DNA of 64,000 bases, from assembly GCA_009842505.1 (NCBI GenBank), contig VYFG01000048.1:5082-69081 (forward strand). The letters run 5' to 3'. A program made the position numbers and the translations under genes. The notes below the pieces were generated by a model. It saw nothing but the letters and a program-made list of their open reading frames with translations. It was not told where the DNA came from and made no database searches. The stretch is from Gammaproteobacteria bacterium. GTDB lineage: Bacteria; Pseudomonadota; Gammaproteobacteria; Arenicellales; Poriferihabitantaceae. Shown one piece after another: positions 31,648 to 41,831 of the stretch. Each line of letters opens with the position of its first letter. Position 1 is the first letter of the stretch.

Positions 31648-33321
31648 ATGAAAAGAACCCGCACCGATGACACCCGACGCGTCTCCGCCCCCCGGGGGTC
31701 CACCCTGCAGTGCAAGAGCTGGCTCACCGAGGCGGCCTTTCGCATGATCCAGAACAATCTCGATGCGGAGGTGGCGGAGAATCCGGCGGAACTGATCGTC
31801 TATGGCGGCATGGGCCGCGCCGCCCGGGACTGGGAAAGCTTCGACCGGATCCTGGAGTGCCTGCGGGAACTCGAGGATCACCAGACCCTGCTGGTGCAGT
31901 CCGGCAAGCCGGTGGGGGTCTTTGAAACCCACGCCGACGCGCCCCGGGTGCTGATCGCCAATTCCAACCTGGTGCCCGCCTGGGCGAACTGGGACCATTT
32001 CAACGAACTGGACCGCAAGGGCCTCATGATGTACGGCCAGATGACGGCGGGATCCTGGATCTACATCGGCAGCCAGGGCATCGTGCAGGGAACCTATGAG
32101 ACCTTCGCCGAGGCGGGCCGCCAGCACTACAGCGGCAAGACCTCCGGCAGATGGGTGCTGACATCCGGTCTCGGCGGCATGGGCGGCGCCCAGCCCCTGG
32201 CGGCCACCATGGCGGGCTTCAGCATTCTCTGTGTGGAATGCGACGAGACTCGCATCGATTTCAGACTCCGCACCGGCTATCTCGACAAGCGCGCCGCTCA
32301 TCTTGACGAGGCCCTGGCCATGATCCGCAGCGCCTGCGAGGCCGGTGAGGCGGTGTCTGTGGGATTGCTCGGCAACGGCGGGGAGATCCTGCCGGAGCTG
32401 GTGAGACGCGGCGTGACGCCGGACCTAGTCACGGACCAAACCTCGGCCCACGACCCGGTAAACGGCTACCTGCCGGCAGGCTGGACCCTTGCCCGGTGGC
32501 ACTCGGAACGCCGGAAGAACCCGCAGCTCGTGGTGGAACAGGCCCGCCGATCCATGGCCGACCATGTCAATGCCATGCTCGCGTTCCACAAGCAGGGGAT
32601 TCCCACGGTGGACTACGGCAACAACATACGCCAGGAGGCCATGCATTACGGCGTGGAAAACGCCTTCGACTTCCCTGGGTTCGTGCCGGCCTACGTGCGG
32701 CCGCTGTTTTGCCGCGGCGTGGGGCCGTTCCGCTGGGTGGCGCTGTCCGGCGACCCAGAGGACATCTACCGGACCGATGCCAAGGTCAAGGAAATGGTGC
32801 CGGACGACCCCCATCTGCACCACTGGCTCGATATGGCGCAGGAACGCATCCGCTTCCAGGGCCTGCCGGCGCGCATCTGCTGGGTCGGTCTCGGCATCCG
32901 CCACCGACTGGGGCTGGCCTTCAACGAGATGGTCCGGACCGGGGAGCTGAAGGCGCCAGTCGTCATCGGCCGCGACCACCTGGATTCCGGCTCCGTGGCC
33001 AGCCCCAACCGGGAGACGGAACTGATGATCGACGGTTCCGACGCGGTGTCCGACTGGCCTTTTCTGAATGCCATGCTGAACACCGCCAGCGGCGCCACCT
33101 GGGTGTCGCTTCACCACGGCGGCGGTGTCGGCATGGGCTACTCCCAGCACGCCGGCCTGGTGATCGTCTGCGACGGCAGCGAAGACGCCGACCGGCGGAT
33201 CGCGCGGGTCCTGTGGAACGATCCCGCCAGCGGCGTCATGCGGCACGCGGATGCCGGGTACCAGGACGCACGGCGATGCGCCCGGGAGATGGGTCTCAAC
33301 CTCGGCGCCATCGACCTGTGA
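31648..33321 (+). CDS. hutU: Urocanate hydratase
   Basis: [45 protein letters not shown]. Confidence 0.98.
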   Translation: MKRTRTDDTRRVSAPRGSTLQCKSWLTEAAFRMIQNNLDAEVAENPAELIVYGGMGRAARDWESFDRILECLRELEDHQTLLVQSGKPVGVFETHADAPRVLIANSNLVPAWANWDHFNELDRKGLMMYGQMTAGSWIYIGSQGIVQGTYETFAEAGRQHYSGKTSGRWVLTSGLGGMGGAQPLAATMAGFSILCVECDETRIDFRLRTGYLDKRAAHLDEALAMIRSACEAGEAVSVGLLGNGGEILPELVRRGVTPDLVTDQTSAHDPVNGYLPAGWTLARWHSERRKNPQLVVEQARRSMADHVNAMLAFHKQGIPTVDYGNNIRQEAMHYGVENAFDFPGFVPAYVRPLFCRGVGPFRWVALSGDPEDIYRTDAKVKEMVPDDPHLHHWLDMAQERIRFQGLPARICWVGLGIRHRLGLAFNEMVRTGELKAPVVIGRDHLDSGSVASPNRETELMIDGSDAVSDWPFLNAMLNTASGATWVSLHHGGGVGMGYSQHAGLVIVCDGSEDADRRIARVLWNDPASGVMRHADAGYQDARRCAREMGLNLGAIDL

Positions 33322-34325
33322 TGTCCGGACAGATCCAGATCACCTGGCTGAACGGCCGGGACATCGAGGCGCTGGCTTTCACGGACGACGAGATCCTGGA
33401 GGCGGTGGAAGCGGGTCTCCGGTTTGCGGGGGAAGGCGAGACCGTGATCGAACCGAGGGTGCACCTCCGGCCTGACCCCGCCTTCAACGGCCATTTCAAC
33501 GTGCTCCGGGGGTACGTCGCGCCCCTTGGCACGGCGGGGGTCAAGATCGTCGGCGACTACGTCGACAACTATCGCCGGGGCCTGCCCTCCGAAATGGCGC
33601 TGCTGAACCTGTTCGACCCGCAAACCGGTATGCCGAAGGCCATCCTCGACGCCACCGCCATCACGGAGATGCGCACCGGGGCGCTTACCGCCATCGGCGC
33701 CAAGTACCTGGCCATGAAGAATCCCAGAGTGCTCGGCCATGTCGGGGCACGGGGCACGGCGTACTGGAACGTGCGCCTGCTGGACCGTTTGTTCGATTTC
33801 GCGGAAATCCGGGTGCATTCCCGCCGGCCCGAAAGCCGCGAGGCCTTTGCCCGGCGCCTGTCCGCGGATCTGGAAAAGGAGGTCATCGCCACCGATGACT
33901 GGGAAAGCTGCCTCGACGGCGCGGACATCCTGGTGGAGGCCTCCCGCCTGCCGGAGCCGATGCCGCTGTTCCGGACCCGCTGGATACGCCCCGGTGCCCT
34001 GGTGATACCCTACGGCACCATGAGCGCCCTGGAACTGGACATCACGGACGACATGGACAAGATCGTGGTGGATGACCGGGGACAGATGAACGCCGGCCCC
34101 CTGGGCGCCCTCAGGCCCCATATCGACGCGGGCAAGGTGAGCCCGGAATCGGTACATGGCGAGATCGGTGAAATCGTGTGCGAACGCCTTCCGGGCCGGG
34201 AGAGCGAGGCCGAGACCATACTGTTCTGGCACCGGGGCCTTGCCACCAGCGACATCGCGCTCGGGGTCGCCATGCTGCAGAAGGCCGGACGCCTGAACAT
34301 CGGCCGGACGCTCGACTACACCTGA
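33321..34325 (+). CDS. Ornithine cyclodeaminase/mu-crystallin family protein
   Basis: GVKIVGD, TEMRTGA, GARGTA Rossmann loop, GLATSDIA; TGATG-coupled to hutU. Confidence 0.85.
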   Translation: MSGQIQITWLNGRDIEALAFTDDEILEAVEAGLRFAGEGETVIEPRVHLRPDPAFNGHFNVLRGYVAPLGTAGVKIVGDYVDNYRRGLPSEMALLNLFDPQTGMPKAILDATAITEMRTGALTAIGAKYLAMKNPRVLGHVGARGTAYWNVRLLDRLFDFAEIRVHSRRPESREAFARRLSADLEKEVIATDDWESCLDGADILVEASRLPEPMPLFRTRWIRPGALVIPYGTMSALELDITDDMDKIVVDDRGQMNAGPLGALRPHIDAGKVSPESVHGEIGEIVCERLPGRESEAETILFWHRGLATSDIALGVAMLQKAGRLNIGRTLDYT

Positions 34326-34362
34326 CGCGCCGGCCGGTCCGCGAAGGTGGCATAATCGCGCC

Positions 34363-35151
34363 ATGGAAGGTGAATTCAACGCCCTGAGATCGGGCATGTT
34401 CGCGGGCATCCTGCTGCTGATGCTGGTCATTGAACGGGTCTGGCCGAAGCGGCGGCAGATCGTCCCGGCCTGGCCCAGGCTGAGCACCAACCTGGGACTC
34501 ATCGTCATTGACACCCTGCTCGTGCGGCTGCTTCTGCCCCTGACGGTGGTGGGCACGGCTGTATGGGCCGCTCAGCAGTCCTGGGGGCTTTTCAACCAGG
34601 TGCAACTTCCGCCGGCGCTGGAACTGGTCGCCGCCCTGCTGATACTGGACCTCGCCATCTACCTGCAGCACCGCGCCGCCCATCACTTCACCTGGTTCTG
34701 GCGGATTCACCGGGTCCATCATGCCGATCCGCGGTTCGATACCACCACCGGCATCCGCTTCCATCCCCTGGAGATCATCATTTCAACCGTCTACAAGATG
34801 CTGCTCGTCGTCCTTCTCGGACCGTCCGCCATCGCCGTGCTGATCTTCGAGATCGTCCTGAACGGAACCTCGCTGTTCACCCATACCAACGTGGCGCTGC
34901 CGCGCAAGCTGGATGCCGTGCTGCGTCTTTTGATCGTGACGCCGGACGTGCACCGGGTGCACCACTCCCACCTGAGTCCCGAAACGAACAGCAACTTCGG
35001 TTTCAACCTCACGGTCTGGGACCGGTTGTTCCACACGTGGAAGGAGCAGCCGGACAGGGGGCATGCCGCCATGGACATCGGGCTGCCGGAGTATGCCGGC
35101 GACAGGCCCACCCATCTGGGCTGGTGCCTCTGGCTGCCGTTCACGAAATAG
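34363..35151 (+). CDS. Sterol desaturase/fatty acid hydroxylase family protein
   Basis: His boxes HRAAH, HRVHH, RFHPLE, HRVHHS; SNFGFNL. Confidence 0.88.
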   Translation: MEGEFNALRSGMFAGILLLMLVIERVWPKRRQIVPAWPRLSTNLGLIVIDTLLVRLLLPLTVVGTAVWAAQQSWGLFNQVQLPPALELVAALLILDLAIYLQHRAAHHFTWFWRIHRVHHADPRFDTTTGIRFHPLEIIISTVYKMLLVVLLGPSAIAVLIFEIVLNGTSLFTHTNVALPRKLDAVLRLLIVTPDVHRVHHSHLSPETNSNFGFNLTVWDRLFHTWKEQPDRGHAAMDIGLPEYAGDRPTHLGWCLWLPFTK

Positions 35152-35241
35152 CGTCCCCGTCGCATACGACGATCCGCTACTGGAGCGGGTGATGGCTGGG
35201 GTTTACACTCGGGTTCTTTCCACACCAAGCAGAATCAGACG

Positions 35242-36651
35242 ATGACCATCGCCCTGATCGGACCCTCGGGCGCAGGCAAGGGGACGCAGGCCGCCAGGCT
35301 GGTTGCAACCCGCGACCTGCTGCACATTTCAACCGGAGACCTGTTCCGCGATGCCCTGGAGAAGAGAACGGCACTGGGATTCCTGACCCGGCAGTACATG
35401 AATGCCGGCGAGCTCGTGCCCAACGAGGTGGTCGGCTCGCTGATCGAGGAATGGATGGTCAAGGTGATGCCCGGCAAGGAAATCCTGTTCGACGGTTTTC
35501 CCCGAACCCGTCACCAGGCCAACCTGCTGGACGACCTGTCCCGGGTCCAGGACCGCCACCTCAGGGCGGCGATCTACCTGAAGGTGTCGGATGAGGAAAT
35601 CACCCGGCGCCTGCCGGGGCGGATCATCTGCCGCACCTGTCAGACGCCCTACCATGTGGAGCACCGTCCGCCGGCGGTGGAGGGCCGCTGCGACCTGTGC
35701 CGGGGTGAACTGCATACCAGGGACGACGACATCCCGGCCATCGTGCGGACGCGCATCCGCACCTCCCACCGCACCCTGGAGCCCCTGCTGGATCATTACG
35801 CGGAATCGGGCAAGCTGCTGATCGTGGACGGCGAGGGAACGGTGGACGAGGTATACGAGTCCATTTCCCACGCCATGGATGCCGTTGAGCGGGGCATCGC
35901 GGCCTTCGCCACGCCCGCGGAACTGCACGAAATCCAGCCCCTCAAGGGCACCGTCACCGCCATCAGCACCAGCGAAGCCAGACGCACGCTGGATGTCGTG
36001 CTGCTGGGCGGCCCGGGTTCCGGCAAGGGCACCCAAGCCAAGCACCTGACGAGAAATCTCGGCCTGGACCACGTCGCCACCGGCGATATCTTCCGCCACC
36101 ACATCCATACCGAGACCGATCTCGGGAGGCTGGCAAAAACCTACATCGACAACGGCGAACTGGTGCCGGACGACGTCACCGAGGCCATGGTGGAGGACCG
36201 CCTGGAACAGATCGCTCAAGGCCGCGGATTCATCCTGGACGGCTTCCCCCGCACCACCCCCCAGGCGGAGGCGCTGACGGAGATCATGAACAAGCTGCAG
36301 CGGCGGCTGGCGGCGGTAATGCACATCAAGGTGGACGATGATGCCATCGTGGAACGCCTGTCCAACCGGCTCACCTGCCGCAGTTGCCAGACACCGTTCC
36401 ATCGGCGCTACAATCCCCCGGAGAAAGAGGGCATCTGCGACAAGTGCGGCGGCGAGCTGTACGTGCGGGACGATGACAATTCGGACACGGTTCGGACCAG
36501 GCTGAAGACATACCATGCCCAGACCGAGCCGTTGATCGCCTACTACCGGGACGCCGGCCTCCTGATGGATATTGACGGCGAACTGCCGCTCAACGAGGTG
36601 ACCCGGTCCATGGCCCACGAACTGGAAAACATCAGGGCGGCCCTTTCCTAG
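35242..36651 (+). CDS. adk: Tandem two-domain adenylate kinase
   Basis: Two full Adk units: GPSGAGKGT..DGFPRT..CRTC/CDLC..RDDD and GGPGSGKGT..DGFPRT..CRSC/CDKC..RDDD. Confidence 0.92.
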   Translation: MTIALIGPSGAGKGTQAARLVATRDLLHISTGDLFRDALEKRTALGFLTRQYMNAGELVPNEVVGSLIEEWMVKVMPGKEILFDGFPRTRHQANLLDDLSRVQDRHLRAAIYLKVSDEEITRRLPGRIICRTCQTPYHVEHRPPAVEGRCDLCRGELHTRDDDIPAIVRTRIRTSHRTLEPLLDHYAESGKLLIVDGEGTVDEVYESISHAMDAVERGIAAFATPAELHEIQPLKGTVTAISTSEARRTLDVVLLGGPGSGKGTQAKHLTRNLGLDHVATGDIFRHHIHTETDLGRLAKTYIDNGELVPDDVTEAMVEDRLEQIAQGRGFILDGFPRTTPQAEALTEIMNKLQRRLAAVMHIKVDDDAIVERLSNRLTCRSCQTPFHRRYNPPEKEGICDKCGGELYVRDDDNSDTVRTRLKTYHAQTEPLIAYYRDAGLLMDIDGELPLNEVTRSMAHELENIRAALS

Positions 36652-36668
36652 GGCCATCCCGCCGGCCG

Positions 36669-37589
36669 TTACGGAATGCGCGGGCGGCGGTTCACCAGGT
36701 ATACCCCGGCGCAGACCATGGCGAGGGCCCATAGCACGGAGGACGTCAGGCGCTCCCCCAGGATCAGCCAGCCGAATATCACACCGAATACCGGCGCAAG
36801 AAAACTGAACGACGCCATGTCTGCGGCGGGATACACCGACAGCACCCAGAACCAGACCAGGAACCCGAGGCAGATCACCACCAGCACCTGGAAGGCCACC
36901 AGCCAGGCCGTCAGCGCGGTGAACTGCCGCACCGGGTTGCCGACCAAGGCGGCGGCAGCCATCAGGATGATCGCCGACACCACGAGCTGGTACAGGAGCT
37001 GCATTTCCGGGCAGGCCCTGGAAAGGCTGGTGGTGCGGGCCACGAGGATGATGCCCGCCCAGAACACGGCGGCGACGAGGCAGTAGAGATCTCCGCGCAG
37101 GGTGGGGCGCAGCGTGTCGAAATGGTCGGACATTGCAACCACGACCCCCGCTACCGCGAGAACAAGCCCGGCCAGCCGGACCAGGGTCAGGTTTTCCCCC
37201 GGAATCATGAAGTGGGCCCCGACGGCCGCCCAGAACGGCATCGTGTAGAAGAATACCGAGGCACGGGCCACCGTCGTGTGGTCCAGCGCCGGGAAGAGCA
37301 GGAGAAATTCGCTGGCGAAGAAAACGCCGGCGAGAATCCCGGGGGCCAGGCTGCCGTCGCGCAGCATCAGCCTGCGGCGGAGGGCCATCGCCACGAGAAG
37401 GACCGGAAGGATGGCCAGGGCGGAACGCAGCCCGGCCTGGAACACCGGCTGCAACCCGATATTGGTCACCTTCACCACCACCTGGTTGAGCCCCATCAGG
37501 GCCGAGCAGAATATCAGGAGCCCCGCGCCCAGCCCGTCAATACGCTCGCGCCGCCGGGTAACCGGTAAACTCCTGGCCGTGTCGTTCAT
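36669..37589 (-). CDS. DMT/EamA family transporter
   Basis: About 10 TM, two EamA repeats, GWLILGE motif; start approximate. Confidence 0.85.
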   Translation of the reverse strand: MNDTARSLPVTRRRERIDGLGAGLLIFCSALMGLNQVVVKVTNIGLQPVFQAGLRSALAILPVLLVAMALRRRLMLRDGSLAPGILAGVFFASEFLLLFPALDHTTVARASVFFYTMPFWAAVGAHFMIPGENLTLVRLAGLVLAVAGVVVAMSDHFDTLRPTLRGDLYCLVAAVFWAGIILVARTTSLSRACPEMQLLYQLVVSAIILMAAAALVGNPVRQFTALTAWLVAFQVLVVICLGFLVWFWVLSVYPAADMASFSFLAPVFGVIFGWLILGERLTSSVLWALAMVCAGVYLVNRRPRIP

Positions 37590-37700
37590 GGATTTCTGAA
37601 TTCTCATGGGCGGATCGCGAGTGTAGCGGTTTTGAAACACACCCGGCTATTTGAGTACACTTCGCCCGTAACCCAACCCACAACCCATCGTTCATTCATC

Positions 37701-38405
37701 ATGCAAAGATTCAGCGGCAAGAAAGCCATTGTCCTCGGCGGCACCTCCGGTATCGGCCTCGCGGTTTGCCGCAGGCTCCGGGACGAGGGGGCGAACGTCC
37801 TCGCCGCCAGCCGCCGGGGCAGAACGGAAACCGGCGAGGAGGGCATCGAGACCGCCGCCTGCGACGTGCTGGACCGCGAGGCCCTGGACCGGCTTTTTTC
37901 CGCCCATGCATCCTTCGACTTCCTGGTTTGCGCCGCCACCGGCGGCCCCCGGGCCCGGGGGCCGTTCCTGAACATGGACCTGGACGCCTTCCAGGCATCC
38001 TTCGCCAAGCTCTGGGGCTATACCAACGCCGTCCACAGCGGCACGCCGCATCTGGTCGAGAACGGCGCCATCGTGCTCATCAGCGGGTCACCGGCCCGCA
38101 AGTCCGGCCCGGGCATGCTCGCCATTTCCACGGTCGGTAACGCCGTGGAAGGGTTCGCCCGGGCACTCGCCCCGGAGATTCCCCCCCGGCGCATCAACGT
38201 GGTTTCGCCGGGCACCATCGACACGCCGATGTTCCCCATGGAAGGCGACGAACGGGCACGGTATTTACGGGACCAGACCGGAAGCAACGCCATTCCGCGG
38301 GCGGGAAGGCCGGAGGAAGTGGCGGAGGCGGTGCTGTTCCTGCTCGGCAACGAATTCGTGACGGGCACCACCGTGGACGTGGACGGGGGCGCGCTGCTGC
38401 CCTGA
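37701..38405 (+). CDS. Short-chain dehydrogenase/reductase
   Basis: GGTSGIG, RINVVSPGTIDT, FVTGTTVDVDGG; no clear YxxxK. Confidence 0.85.
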   Translation: MQRFSGKKAIVLGGTSGIGLAVCRRLRDEGANVLAASRRGRTETGEEGIETAACDVLDREALDRLFSAHASFDFLVCAATGGPRARGPFLNMDLDAFQASFAKLWGYTNAVHSGTPHLVENGAIVLISGSPARKSGPGMLAISTVGNAVEGFARALAPEIPPRRINVVSPGTIDTPMFPMEGDERARYLRDQTGSNAIPRAGRPEEVAEAVLFLLGNEFVTGTTVDVDGGALLP

Positions 38406-38478
38406 CAGGACCGGGCAGCGGGCATTGATCTCCCCCGCCCGGACATCCGCCGCGCAATGCCCGGCAGAAGCGGATGCC

Positions 38479-39372
38479 CTACTGCAGTATGCGCCGCCGC
38501 TCCCGGAACCAGATCACCAGCCCCGCGACAATCACCACCGCCGCGCCGAGGAGTGTCCAGCGATCCGGCGGGTGGTGGAATACCAGGTAGCTGAGAGCGG
38601 TCATCCAGATGATGAAACTGTAGCTGAACGGGGTCAGCATGCTGGCCTCGGCGAATCCGTGCGCCCGGGTGATGCATTCGTGGCCCAGCCAGCCGAAGAG
38701 CGGCGTCAGCAGCAGGATCAGCCATTCCTGGGAGGATTCCGGAATCTGCCACGACCAGACGCCGAAAGGCAGCAGTACCAGCGTCCCCACCAGCCCGGCG
38801 TAGAACTGCTGCGTCTGTATGGCGACCACGCCCGCCAGCTTGCGCGTAAGCAGGGTGTAGAACGCGAACAGGGTGACGTTGGAGAGCGAAAGCAGCACCG
38901 CCGGATGAAACTCGGCATCGAACGGCCGGATCGCGATCAGGATCCCGAGGAATCCGGCGACGATTGCAGACCACCGCCAGACCCCCACGCGCTCTCCCAG
39001 GAACACCCCGGACAGCGCGCAGACGATGATCGGGGCGGAAAACATGATGGTGGAAGTCAGGGTCAGGGGCAGGTACCGGAGTGCCATGAAATTCAGTACG
39101 GTGGTCAGCATCAGCAGCACGCCGCGCAGCACGACCAGGGACATCATGGAAGTACGGAAGCGGCTGAGGGACAATCCTCCCCGGCAGATCAGCACCGTGG
39201 AAATCAGGAAATGCCCCGCATAGCGGACGAGCGACACTTGCAGCACGGACAGCCCCGCCAGCACCAGCCATTTCGCACTGCTGTCGAGCATGGCGAACAG
39301 CAGGTAGGCGAGACACATGAGCAGGATGCCCGGCATCGGGCGGTCGCTCCTGGGGTTGGCGACAATGGACAT
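38479..39372 (-). CDS. DMT/EamA family transporter
   Basis: About 10 TM; FLGERVG, GILIAIRP, PFSYS. Confidence 0.87.
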   Translation of the reverse strand: MSIVANPRSDRPMPGILLMCLAYLLFAMLDSSAKWLVLAGLSVLQVSLVRYAGHFLISTVLICRGGLSLSRFRTSMMSLVVLRGVLLMLTTVLNFMALRYLPLTLTSTIMFSAPIIVCALSGVFLGERVGVWRWSAIVAGFLGILIAIRPFDAEFHPAVLLSLSNVTLFAFYTLLTRKLAGVVAIQTQQFYAGLVGTLVLLPFGVWSWQIPESSQEWLILLLTPLFGWLGHECITRAHGFAEASMLTPFSYSFIIWMTALSYLVFHHPPDRWTLLGAAVVIVAGLVIWFRERRRILQ

Positions 39373-39411
39373 GGACTGGGTATCCCCTGCCGGGCAGGGG
39401 CATGCTGTGGA

Positions 39412-40911
39412 TCAGAGGTCTTCGCAGATGCCTCCGGCGATCCGGTCTGACAGGGCGTCTATGGCATCACCAAGCGGCCGTTCCGCCGCCGCCGGTTCCA
39501 CCACCTTCCTGACGCGGTCGTGAAGCTCCTCCAGCAACGGGGCCGAGGTCGGATCGCCCCGCAATTCCGCAGCCCGGCCCGCCACCATCATCTCCATGGC
39601 GCACAGTTTCCATCCCAGTTCGACCACGCCCTGCAGGCCCTTGACGGCGGCGGGCGCATTGGACTGGATGTCCTCCACGCCATCTGCGTTCACACTGGGC
39701 CAGACCGGCACCGGCATGGCCGCATGGCCAAGTTCCGCCACCACCGACTCGGCAACCTTCATGAGCGGGGCGAAGCCGTTGGAATCGAGGCCGGGCGCCG
39801 CCAGGTATTGCGGCAATCCGCTGAAGCGCTCGCAGAGCAGCTTGCTCATTCGGGCAAGCTGCGCCTGGGACAGCTGCACCAGCGCCTGGGACAGGGCGTG
39901 GGCGGCGACCGTCAGGAGCGGCGTGTGAAACGCGCCGCAGGAGATGATGCGGTCCCCGGCAAGGTCGACCACGGGGTTGTCGCTGGCACTGTTGATTTCC
40001 GCGCAGGCCGCCTCCTTCGCGAAATCCAGCGCGGCGAATGCGGCGCCGTGAACCTGCGGCAGGTTCCGTATCGACAGCGGATCCTGCAGTCGACGCGCAC
40101 CTCCCGGGTCGACGATCCGGCTCCCCGCCAGCAGCCGGCGCAGATCCCCGGCGGCCCGGGCCTGCCCCGGCTGCGGATGCAGGTCGTCCACCAAGGCATC
40201 GAGCGGAGTCGTGGATGCCGCGAACGCATCCATCGTCATGGCCGCCGCGCCCTGCACCGCGCCGAGCAGGCGTCCCGCGCCGTGGACCGCCAGTGCCATG
40301 GCCGCCGCGGAAAACCCGGAGTGGTTCGCCAGGGCGAGACCGTCCCTCGGTCCGGGCGACAGGGGGGCCAATCCCGCCGCGGACAGCGCCTTTGCGGCAT
40401 CCATCGTCCGGCCCCGGGCGTCGGTCATCCGCCCTTCCCCGCACAGGGCCAGACCCAGGACGGCCCCCTGGCAGAGGTCGCCGGCACCGATGGAACCGAT
40501 GCTGCCGACCACCGGCGTGAGCCCCCGGTTGAGACACTCGCAGAGGATCTCCGGCACCGAGGCATCCGCTCCGGCGGCGCCTTTCATCAGCGTGTTCAGC
40601 CGCACCGCCATCGCGGCCCGGACCTGGGTCCTGGACAGGGGCGTACCGATGGCATGGGCCCGGCCCCGCAGGGTTTTCAGGGAAAAATCCGCCGCCTCGG
40701 ACGCGGTCAGTGTCTCCGTTGCACGGGACCCGAGGCCGGTGGTGAGCCCGTAGACCTGTTCTCCCTTCCCGAAGGCTTGAAGCACCCGGTCCCGGGCCCG
40801 GCGCACCCGCTCAAGACCCGCCTCGTCCAGCGACACTCCGGCGCCGGGCGAGGCGGCGATCCGGGCAAGCTGGTCTAGGGTGAGGCTGCTGCCATCAACG
40901 ACGACAGCCAT
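39412..40911 (-). CDS. Aromatic amino acid ammonia-lyase family protein lacking the ASG/MIO triad
   Basis: YGLTTGLG, GSIGAGDL (ASG reduced to AG), LQDPLSIR, SDNP. Confidence 0.87.
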   Translation of the reverse strand: MAVVVDGSSLTLDQLARIAASPGAGVSLDEAGLERVRRARDRVLQAFGKGEQVYGLTTGLGSRATETLTASEAADFSLKTLRGRAHAIGTPLSRTQVRAAMAVRLNTLMKGAAGADASVPEILCECLNRGLTPVVGSIGSIGAGDLCQGAVLGLALCGEGRMTDARGRTMDAAKALSAAGLAPLSPGPRDGLALANHSGFSAAAMALAVHGAGRLLGAVQGAAAMTMDAFAASTTPLDALVDDLHPQPGQARAAGDLRRLLAGSRIVDPGGARRLQDPLSIRNLPQVHGAAFAALDFAKEAACAEINSASDNPVVDLAGDRIISCGAFHTPLLTVAAHALSQALVQLSQAQLARMSKLLCERFSGLPQYLAAPGLDSNGFAPLMKVAESVVAELGHAAMPVPVWPSVNADGVEDIQSNAPAAVKGLQGVVELGWKLCAMEMMVAGRAAELRGDPTSAPLLEELHDRVRKVVEPAAAERPLGDAIDALSDRIAGGICEDL

Positions 40912-41831
40912 CAGGGCGCGCCGGCAACCGCAGCAGCAGGTTTCCGGCCGAGCGCGCGATAGATCTCCCTGTTCACCCGGAAATAGCCGTGGCCGACATG
41001 GACCAGACGGTCGGATATCAGTCGGTTGGCCTGCGGCAGGCGGTGGAAGGGGATGCCCGCGTAGGCATGGTGCGCGGTGTGAAGATTCATGTTCCAGCAG
41101 AGCCGCTGCAGCAACGGGTTGGTCAGCGTGGTGCGGGTGTTGTCGAACATGTCGGGCACCTCGGGGCAACCGGTATGTTCCGCAAGCAGGAACATGCGCA
41201 GCGCCGGCTGCGCCACCATGACCGGCAGTATCCAGTACCACCACAGCGCCGCGGTCTGGAAAACTACGGACAGCGTTGCCAGTGCGCCGTAGATCAGCAG
41301 GAACCGCCGGGCCTCCGCTACCACCGCGTCGCGCCGGGACGCCGGCACGAAATCATCAACCCGACCGGATGCATACCGAAGGAACATGCGGCCCTGGGCA
41401 ACCCAGTAGGGCAGCCCGCTGACATGCCGGACATAACCCCACCTGGAGCCGGGTTTCGGCACCCCGAGTTCCGGGTCGCCGGGGACCTGGGTGTGGCGAT
41501 GGTGCGTCATGTGGAAGGACCGGAAGTACCGGGGCGGCAGGAACAGGATCAGTCCGCAAAGGAACGCCACGCCCCGGTTCAGGCCGCGCGACGCAAAAGC
41601 GGTTTCGTGAATGGTTTCGTGCAGGGGACAGAACGAGAAAACCAGCACCACCGCGTAGCCGCACCAGCAGAGCGCCGCCGGCACCGGCGGCAGCCACAGG
41701 GAGCCGGCGGCCAGCAGACCCAGCAGCAGCAGGTGCAGCGCCAAGGCTCCGAGGCCCGCCCCATCGGTCTTCATCACAAGGCCGGACAGGACATCCGGAT
41801 CGATGGCCTGGGATCGTCGTGCCTGGGACAT
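40911..41831 (-). CDS. Membrane fatty-acid-desaturase-like di-iron oxidoreductase (MocD-like)
   Basis: His boxes HETIH, HMTHH, HTAHH; LAEHTGC; TGATG-coupled to the lyase. Confidence 0.83.
   Translation of the reverse strand: MSQARRSQAIDPDVLSGLVMKTDGAGLGALALHLLLLGLLAAGSLWLPPVPAALCWCGYAVVLVFSFCPLHETIHETAFASRGLNRGVAFLCGLILFLPPRYFRSFHMTHHRHTQVPGDPELGVPKPGSRWGYVRHVSGLPYWVAQGRMFLRYASGRVDDFVPASRRDAVVAEARRFLLIYGALATLSVVFQTAALWWYWILPVMVAQPALRMFLLAEHTGCPEVPDMFDNTRTTLTNPLLQRLCWNMNLHTAHHAYAGIPFHRLPQANRLISDRLVHVGHGYFRVNREIYRALGRKPAAAVAGAP

Noticed and set aside
32496-33320. 275-codon N-terminal extension of the OCD-like ORF overlapping hutU in another frame
   Set aside because: Low-complexity R/P/G translation typical of GC-rich off-frames. 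The real start is the TGATG-coupled ATG at 33321.
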